Below are positions 55,456 through 64,000 of a DNA stretch of 64,000 bases, one piece after another. Each line of letters starts with the position of its first letter. Positions within the stretch are counted from its first letter, which is position 1. The DNA is from the human T2T-CHM13v2.0 reference genome, Homo sapiens, in the NCBI RefSeq assembly GCF_009914755.1, contig NC_060942.1; one strand, 5' to 3'. The notes beneath the pieces were generated by a model that searched no databases, had not been told where the DNA came from, and was given only the letters and a program-made list of their open reading frames with translations. The position numbers and the translations under genes are program-made.

Positions 55456-56269
55456 CGAGGAAAAACCACGCCAGGCTAGAATAGAGAATCAATATTGACA
55501 AACTGAATTGATTTTGCATTTGACTTCCCACCACTTATTCCATATCTCACCCACTCAATCCATCTAGCTTACTTCTACATTTTGTACCCCAACCTCACCA
55601 GCACCTGTGCTTTGTTTCCTTGTGTAGGTCTCAATTATTTGCAGGCAAACATCATTTCCAAGTTGCAAGTTAAAAATCTTCCAGTAACCTAATTGTAACT
55701 GGCATAACATATACTCTTCTAGCTGATCTTAATAGTGCTAACGAAATATTAATGCATTTTTTTATTTACTCACAAATGTCATAAATACAATTAATAATTT
55801 TGTCTCTTTCAGATATGTATTTGAGGATAACTGGGGTTGATTTCTTGAGTCTGCTTGGTTCAGCAAGTTCGGATTGGCTCAGCTACTGGCCATATCCTCA
55901 TTTTGTCCTGGTGGGTTAGGAGGGGGTTTTGCTCCCATGGCTCTGTGTCTGTTGAGTGGGGCTCAGGGTTATGCTGTCCCAGTAGCTCAGACCCTAACAG
56001 TAGCTGGCCTTAGACCAGCCCACCCACAGTTCAGTCCCTCTCCCACAGTGCCTTGGAGGCTGTATCTGGAGCAATCAAACACAGGAACAGGTTTAACAGC
56101 TCTAAGCCTTTTATTCCTGCTGACCCTGTAGGTCAAGCTCTCCTTACCCCACAGAGCCTATTCTCAGTACCTCTCACCCTCACACAACATTACACAAAGG
56201 TGTGGGACCCTGCCCACTAGAGACTCCCAGCCCCTCTCCTACCATCATGCTCTTTCATATGAGGTGAGG

Positions 56270-56522
56270 GCCACTTGGCATAGCCAGCAGGTAGGCTCTG
56301 GGGGCAGACCGCCTGCCTGTGAGGTCCCACTCTCGGCCCAACTGGCTGTGTGACCTTGGCCTGAGCCCCAGGTTCTTCATTTGTAATGTACTTATAATAT
56401 TCCTTCTTATTTCAAAGGAAGGAATTCCTTTGATCTAAGATTTGATGAGTCTGTGCACATACAGTACCTAATACAGTTCCCGGCACACTCAGACCGTGGA
56501 ATAAATCATAACTGTTTTATTT
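56270..56522 (+). mobile_element. MIR
   Basis: GGCTCTGGGGGCAGAC..CTGGCTGTGTGACCTTGGC..CAGGTTCTTCATTTGTAATG..AACAGTTCCCGGCACA. Confidence 0.75.
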
Positions 56523-57189
56523 CTCTTTCCATATTACATGTAGTTATATTTCTCCATGGTCCAGCTTAGTGTGTTCCTGTAATCACTGCTGCTTCCACCT
56601 CACAGGCTGAAGTGAACGAGTGAAAACCAAGTCCAGGAGACCTTTTGGGAAACAAAAGCATTACGCTTGAACCGTGGGTGCCACATCTCAATGTTTATAG
56701 GCATGGACATAGACGTGGAGAAATAGGGATACAGATTTTTACATCACTTCGGTGAGGCCAGATGTGCACCCTGTCACTTGCAGACTTTTGGGCATGCACA
56801 GAATAAAAAGTGAATGTCCTTGCCACTTGAGCTATTTTAATTTGGGCATAGAAGCCTTTTCCTTTTTGGATGTTTTGTCCAGAAATGTCTATTTTCTCAC
56901 TGGGTGAAGTATATAGTCTTGAAAGTTATTTTTCCAGAAGTGAGCTTAGATTTAGATTTATTCACAATTGTCCCTTCCCTAATTCACTTCATAGCTAAAG
57001 GCACAACACTGAGGCAGGCAGATGGTTGACAGACGAGGAGGTTTCTACCGTAAGCACCTTTTGCCTCTGCATTGAGATTTAACACCAAATTGCATGAGGT
57101 GGTGTTGTTCCTTTACGAACTATTCATAGTCAAATTATTTCACTACTTTCACTTTCAGTTTCCTTATCTCAAAATGGAATAAATAATGC

Positions 57190-58191
57190 TGCGGTAGATA
57201 GAATAATGCCCAACCCCAAAGATCTCCCCATTCTAATCCCTAGCACCTATGAGTATGTTACCTTATATGGAAAAAGAGGCTTTCCCGATGTAGTTAAATT
57301 GAGGATCTTGAGATAAGGAGATCAACCTGGTTTTGCTTGTGGAGCCCACTGTAATCACAAGGGTTTTTATAAAGAAAAGGAAAGACAGAAGAGTGGGAGT
57401 GGGAGGAGGAGATGGGATGACAGGAGCAGAGGTCTCAGGGATACAAGGAAGAGGCCATGAGCCCAGAAGTGCAGGCAGCTTCTAGAAGCCAGGAAAGGCA
57501 AGGAAACAGATTCTCCCCCAGAGCCTCCAGAAATGAACGTAGCCCAGTTGATACGGTGAATTGGGACTCCTGACCTCCATAGATATAACACATTTGTGTT
57601 GTGCACCACTGAGTTTGTGATAATGTTACAGTAGGTAGCTAGTCCTTTATGAGCGGGCAGGAAAGGGCACCACCCCCATCCCCCACCCCCACACACCGGG
57701 AGTGTCGGGCGACCATCAGGTGATGGTCAGGAGGTTGTTAACTGTCTCTCTAAAGTAATAATTAGTCACAGCTGGTACCAGGGAAAGGCCCGCCCCTAAT
57801 AGATAGAAAACACCTGAAACAGGTGATCAGCCGCTTCTGGATAAGATCTCAGGTGTTGGGAGAAGTGACGCAAGACCCTGGAAGAAGGCCAACGTATAAA
57901 ACCCCAAGTCAAAAGGTCAAGCTGTGCATTTGTCTTTCAAGTTTTCTGCTTTGCTGTCTTCCAAGTGCACCTTCCTTTCATTCCTGCTGTAAAACTTGCC
58001 TCAGTCTTTCCTGCCTGATACCCCTCAAGCAAATGCCTCCTTCTTCTGAGGAGGCAAGAATTGAGGTTGCTGCAGACCTGATATGGATTTTCCACCGCTA
58101 ACATATTTTGGTGCTGTGTGACTCAGGTACGTTCAGCGGCTAACAATAATTTGTTACAATAATTTGTAGCAGTAACAGGAAGTTAATACCA
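57190..58191 (+). mobile_element. MLT1D-type MaLR solo LTR, interrupted by MER50
   Basis: TGCGGTAGATAGAATAATGCCC..CCAAAGAT..CTAATCCC...GGAAAGGCAAGGAAACAGATTCTCCCCCAGAGCCTCCAGAA...GCAGTAACAGGAAGTTAATAC; TSD (T)AATGC. Confidence 0.88.
57624..58145 (+). mobile_element. MER50-like (MER4-group ERV1) solo LTR with internal deletion
   Basis: TGTTACAGTAGGTAGCTAGTC...GGCGACCATCAGGTGATGGTCAGG...TATAAAACCCCAAGTCAAAAGGTC...GCTAACA; exact 4-bp TSD ATAA. Confidence 0.78.
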
Positions 58192-60114
58192 TAATGCCTA
58201 ACTTGAAGTTTGTGGGGAAAATGAGAGGTAGTGTATGTTAAGCATGTAGTAGATGTTCCAGAATAGCATCATCATATTTCCTGTACACACCTGAGCCTGA
58301 TAATAGAGCTCCCTGGTCTGAATGTAATAGGTACATTTCCAAAAGTAATAATAGCATTAACATGTGCATAGTATTTTATAGTTTATAAATAATGCTACTT
58401 CATGGGCATTACTGAATTAGAATATCATAAGCTTTCTGTGGAAATTATGTAAATTAGAACTGTAAAAATAAAATTATTAAATTCAGCATAGAAGTCTAAT
58501 AAAATTCCCTATTGCACACACGGAGGAACCATGGATTTCAGAGATTTTGACCTCCTGCAGTCATGAAGTAAGTGCTGGAATCTGATCCCAGTGTTCTCAA
58601 TTCAGGATTCTTTCCTCCCACTGTATTTTGTTGTAAGCCTCATGTTTCTGTTGTTCCTACTTGTGGCTAAAGACTGGCTGATAGCTTCCTTTTCATCTGT
58701 ACCCCACTTTTTTTGAGACGGTAAAAATTCAAAGAAAAAGAAAATAGTTTCAATTTTCCTTTCTGCTCTCAACTTCATGCCTATATCCTAAACAAACAAA
58801 AGTTTCCCTAGTGTTTTCATTCTTTTCTTTCAGATTTTTTTTGACACCTTTCTAAACTTGAAAGTGCCATTCCTTCACTCTCAAGTATCACATACTTGCA
58901 GAACACAAAACAGCCAGGGTTAGAGAATTCTGACTTGTGTTCTGTTACTTCCCTGCTTATACACATTTATGGGACAATTCACTCAACCTCGCCAAGTTTA
59001 AGCTCCCCCTCTGAAAATCGAATGCATTGCTATATTACTCTGAAATGTTATTTTCAGAATAACAGCTTCAAATGGTTAGAAAGCTTTTAAAACATTCCTC
59101 TTCCATTTAAATGCATGCTTCAAACCAGGCTTCCAAATGTCCAGTGACTCAAAAACACCTTTAGGTAATATCCTCAAAGTAAATTCCAGCCATCGATTGA
59201 CAGAAATGAACTCCTAGGGTGTTGAAATATACATCTACCCTTTATTGCCACATCCACTCAAGCACTTTACAATGTGAAGTCAAATCTGTTAGACTAGCCC
59301 TTTGGACATGTTTGTCTTGTTGGATTCAGGATGTATTCATTTCTGGCTGCCAAGGGTGTAGTTTGCTTCTCTTTAGGTTGCTCAGTTTGAACTGGCATCT
59401 GTTATGGATACTGTCTGACTAACGAAGCCTTTTTATTTTCTTAAAGCATGATGTGACCCAGGGAAGTACAGGGATGAAAAAAAAAGACAAAGACCAAGAT
59501 TTCACACCAAAATAAAATTTTAGGCGAATGCATGATGTATTATTTTCATTAGAATTCAGGAACGTGAAGTGTAGATGCTGTGTTCTGTTAATCCTTAAAT
59601 CAGGTTTTCTGTAGGTTCCATGCATGTAGCCCTGTTGAGCGTCCTGGCTGTGACTTATCAGCTCTGTCCCCTTTCACAGGGAAGACCAGAGGCTTCAGCT
59701 CTTTCATGAATTTCCCCTGAGGGATAAAGTGGCTAGTTATGCAGAATAAATTAAACAGCCTGGGAAATAAAAAAAAAGGCTATCACCACTGTGATGATTC
59801 CATTTAGTGTGGCAAATTTGATTTCAGAAGCGGCACAGAGGTGTGAAGTCAAAGGTTAATCTGCCACAGACTGAGTCCCTCTACGCAGCAAGTGATAGTT
59901 ATTGGCTGGGCTTGTCAGAACACTAGGGAAGCACCTGCTGTCTAATGTCTTACCTCATGAACTCTATATTCCTAGACTTCTCAAATATTTAGGGTTCAGG
60001 TAGAAGACATCACCCTAAAGAGAAAAAGCCTAGTGAGTATTTGCAGACAGACAGTTGATTATATTAGTCCTAATTGGCAACTGCAAACACTCCTCTATTC
60101 TTTTAAATTATATA

Positions 60115-60275
60115 ACATGTTCACATTTTATCCTCATAAAAGATACCTTGAGGTGATGGAATAACCCTGCTGTACAGACAAGGAAACTGAGAATTAGGAA
60201 CTTTGGACAACTTTCCTGAGATCATTAAGATAAGTAGAAAAGGCTGATAACAGGTTTAGCCCTGACTCTTTTGCC
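60115..60275 (-). mobile_element. MIR fragment
   Basis: TTATCCTCATAA..CCTTGAGGT..TGTACAGACAAGGAAACTGAGA..AACTTTCCTGAGATCA. Confidence 0.7.
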
Positions 60276-61459
60276 CTGCTTGCTACCAAATAATATCATC
60301 ATTAAACACGGAAAATAAAAGGTGCCCTGCAATATTTCTCTACCATAAAGAATAATACAATGAAATGTCAAGTTTATCCTTTACTCATGCATTTTCCTTA
60401 CACATCACAGGTGAAACTAAAAAATAGATGAGACACAACAGTATCTTCCAGCCATTGACACAGGATTTAAACATATATATATTTGAGATAATTTGCAAGG
60501 TTTGGATTTAAATCCCTGAAGTGGGGCCTTTGCCTTGTTTACATTGTAATCCCAATTTAATAATAAGCCAATAGAACACCCACAGGTTCTTTCTGATCAT
60601 AGGAGTGATAATAATTCATTTGATGATCTATACATTCTTGAAAAGCAACATTCAATTTTCCAGGGAAAGCCCAACTTGGGTTAAATGCCAGTTTGAGGGG
60701 AAAAAAAATCAGAATATATATTTTCAAATGTGACAATGCTTGTACCTCAAATGCAAGGTATTCTCTCATAGCAACTCAGGGTCCCTGGTGTGCACTAGTG
60801 AAGAGAATAGACTCAATTGGTCACACAGTCAGCTCAAGGAGGCATAAGACAATGATAAAGAAAAATATAAAGAACCTTATATGGAAATGTCGCAGAGGCC
60901 CCAACACTGAGATAACGAGGAGTCTGGGGAGAAAATATGCTAGCAAACTTAAAACCCAGAGTGCAGCCTTAGGCAATGTGTTTTGAGTGAGGGTGCAGAT
61001 TCTCAAAAAGTAAAAGGCACTATGAAGTGAAGTTTCAGTCATATGCAAAATCACCTGTCTATATGATCTTTTAGTCATCCATGCATAAAGATAGTATTTG
61101 CTCTCAGTACCAGCACTTTGTCCCCAAACAAAGTTATGGGGGTGTGGAAGAGACAGTGAAGAATAAAATATGCCTCTGTCCTCACTTTGCCAGTGAGACC
61201 AACAAGCAAAATGATCAGCTATACTGTAACTTTATTGCTGTTTTAACAGAGGCAGAAAGTGTTGTTTATATCCAGAAAAGGGATAATTCTGATTGAGTTG
61301 AAAATGACTTATTAACAAGGTAATCTTTGACTTGAAATTTGAGGAAGAATATTATTTTGTAATAGGAAGAAAGAAAAGAAAGGTCATTCCAGAGAGAAAG
61401 TGGAATATTTGCAAATATTAGGAGGGTGGCAGGAAATAGCATGTTTGGGCTATATCCTA

Positions 61460-61570
61460 TTTTGGGAGTTCATTGTCCATTTTAAGAATCTGATTAAAAA
61501 CAGAGACCTCTCCCCAGAAAAATGCACTTATCTACTTCTGAATCAAAATGTAATATATAATTTAATGGGC
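61460..61570. mobile_element. MER103-like hAT-Charlie fragment
   Basis: TTTAAGAATCTGATTAAAAACAGAGACCTCTCCCCAGAAAAATGCAC resembles recalled MER103 consensus. Confidence 0.55.
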
Positions 61571-62199
61571 ATTATAGTATTAAGTGAGATTTACCAGTTC
61601 TATTGGAATAACATAGTACATATTAAATTAGTCTTCTAATAGTAGTCAGACTCTAGTACTGACTACCATCGGAAATGGACACAATTATTTTGCTCTTTTA
61701 AGTCCTCATTTCATCATATAAGACATGTTTACTGCACAATGGCCTTAGATTGAGAGGATACCTTTTAGTCAGAGATTATTTTTCAAATTCAGGGCAATGA
61801 TTTTTTTCCTCTTCATCAGAGAATTTCTGGTTTTCTTTTTATTCTTCCCTGTTCACTTTGGGCTGTTTGCATTTGTAATATGTGCAAGTGCAGCATCTGT
61901 CTCCAAGTGACTTCCTGTGTTCACTATTCATTGAAGCAATGAAGCATTTGAAATGCAAGAACATTTCTCAAAACGTTGTTGCTAGTTAATAATTCTTCAT
62001 GCTCGGAATATTGCATCTCTTGCACCTTGAGTCTATTAATCTTGAGACTAACACGAGTTACATGGTTCTCATTCTATGCCCTTAAAGAATACAACAGAAA
62101 GGAGGTGAGGAAAGAAGGGAATTCAGTCAAGAGTGTCTAATTGGAACCTTTCAGCAAACATTTTTTGGGGTGGTACTAAAGTCAAGAAATAAATAACTT

Positions 62200-62995
62200 T
62201 ATTAAAATGATATTTTATTTATTGGATTAAAAACTTTGATATGTCAGACTCAGGAATATAGGTAATAGTCTGAAAAACCAATAAAAGATTATCATTCTAG
62301 TAGAAAAATAAAATTGGCCCAAAACCACATAGAAAGATATTTAACCTCAACAGTAGTTGAAAATAATAAAAAATAGTAAATGGAAATGCTATTTTTCACC
62401 TAACCGATTCTAAACATGAAAAGTGAAGGATGATAACTAGTACTTTTTAGGAAGGGTGAAACAGAGTATAAATGGGTATAAGTTTTTTGAAGGGCAAATT
62501 CGCAAATCATGTCAAAATTATAGGAAAAAATATATATTGACTTAGTAAGACCTCTTTTTAGAATTTATCCTCAGGAAGCATTATATACTTATAAAAATGT
62601 TTACACAAAAATATTCTTGTCAAAATTTTAACATATTGAAAATTGGAAACTAAGTTTCCTACAATATGTATTGATTTGCTAAATATGTTACATGGGTTTA
62701 TACAGTAAAAGTTGCTACAACTATTTCACATGAAATATACATGTGTATTTACTGTCATAGAAAGGAATTTACAGTGTTAATTTTGAAATAGCAACTTGTT
62801 AACTGAAAAATATTTTCCTCAAAAATACGAATATAATCTATTTAAAAATTATGTTTTACAAGAAAATGTTTAGAAGTATATATAGCAGAATGTCAATAGT
62901 TATCATCTCTGGATGATAGGATTTTAGGTAACCTCGTATTTGCTCATCTACATATTTTCAGCTTTCTAAATGTGTATTTGTGTAATGAGAAACAT
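62200..62995 (+). mobile_element. L1ME-type 3' fragment
   Basis: TTTTTCACCTAACCGATT..GTATAAATGGGTATAA..TTTGAAGGGCAAATT..TAGAATTTATCCT..GAAAATTGGAAAC..GTTATCATCTCTGGATGATAGGATT. Confidence 0.7.
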
Positions 62996-64000
62996 GGAAA
63001 GTATATAACAGGACAACAAAAAAGATACATAGTTTATTTAATATTTTATTAGATAACCTGAGTATAGATACAATTTAACTGTGAATAATTCTAAGTTAAT
63101 TTTTCTTCACTTGTCATTTGATATTCTTTGTCTTCCCCTGTATCTAAGAGAAATACTATAGTATATTAAGCAAAGTAAAGGAGCAGATGTGGATGAAAAG
63201 TCTGTAATAAATTCCATGTGCAGAAGCTATGGAGTACATCTACAATGGTGTGTTGGCCAATTCAGCACTCAATTAACAGAAAATTTGCAATCTGGTCTAA
63301 ATAAGTGTCCAAATAAAATGGTAATATGCCTTACACTGCCTCATAACTAAAAATGAAATTTCTTAAAAATGATGAATAGAAGGAATCCTTTAAATTTCAA
63401 CTTTTCTTTCAACTCTCAGTGGGGCCAGAAAATAATTTTAATAACAACACACAGCTAGTATTTCATATAGAAATGGAATCATGCCCTAATTCTGTCATGA
63501 AAGGATGCAATGCTTCTGTGGCCCTTTGTCTGGTGAATTGACCAAAATCAGACTTCAATTCGGTCATTTATTCTGGTCAATTCACAAGCATATAATGAAT
63601 GCCTCTGACATGCACAGTACTGTTTTAGACCCTAAAGGAGGATTGACGTCTTGGTCATAGTCATTGTCAACAAGGAGTTAGGAACTAATTTGAAATTAAG
63701 ACTTACCTATGAAACAGTGTGTAGTGATAATGAGGTGTATGCCTTTATACTTCTAGACTACTGGTGCAAACACTTAACAAGTGGTCAAGGAAGGAAGTGG
63801 GGAGAAGCTTGAGTGAGTCAGGACTCAAAGGATAAACTGGACTTAGAGATATGGAATGGAAGGGGAAAAGCCAGTCCAAAGAGAACATGGTCACGTGAGG
63901 AGTGAAACATTTTCTCTTTAAACTATGTCTTAGTTTAGTTCTATGAAAATATATGATGTGGGAGCTCCAAATTTAATGTTGACCAAGCTGGTTTTTCCCT

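Larger units (their letters stand above)
57100..58270 (+). mobile_element. MIR interrupted by MLT1D
   Basis: TTTCAGTTTCCTTATCTCAAAATGGAATAAATAATGC [insertion] CTAACTT..GTTTGTGGGGAAAATGAGA..TGTATGTTAAGCA forms one continuous MIR core. Confidence 0.65.

Overview
This window is AT-rich, CpG-depleted primate (human-like) nuclear DNA. It is intergenic or deep-intronic: I found no protein-coding exon, RNA gene or CpG island that I can support, and the six-frame ORFs are by-products of Alu, LTR and low-complexity sequence. A large share is interspersed repeat: about 13 Alus, L1PA/L1MA/L1M fragments, many L2 and MIR relics, a near-full-length Tigger1, solo LTRs (THE1, MLT1, MLT2, LTR8, LTR9, MER50, MER67, LTR78) and a decayed ERVL pol segment. 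The most notable items are: (1) a ~240-bp nuclear insertion of the mitochondrial control region (NUMT, ~3981-4222) with CpG decay; (2) a 32-bp hairpin-unit minisatellite apparently grown from the poly(A) signal of an LTR8; (3) a copy of an Alu 3' end plus its unique flank 2.3 kb away inside a GA-rich tract; (4) an LTR9 with an intact SOX-OCT composite motif; (5) a twin-primed (5'-inverted) L1PA; and (6) a triple nest MIR>MLT1D>MER50 with a relic tRNA-His primer-binding site. Family and subfamily names come from recalled consensus sequences, not a database search. I see no evidence for a new gene system.
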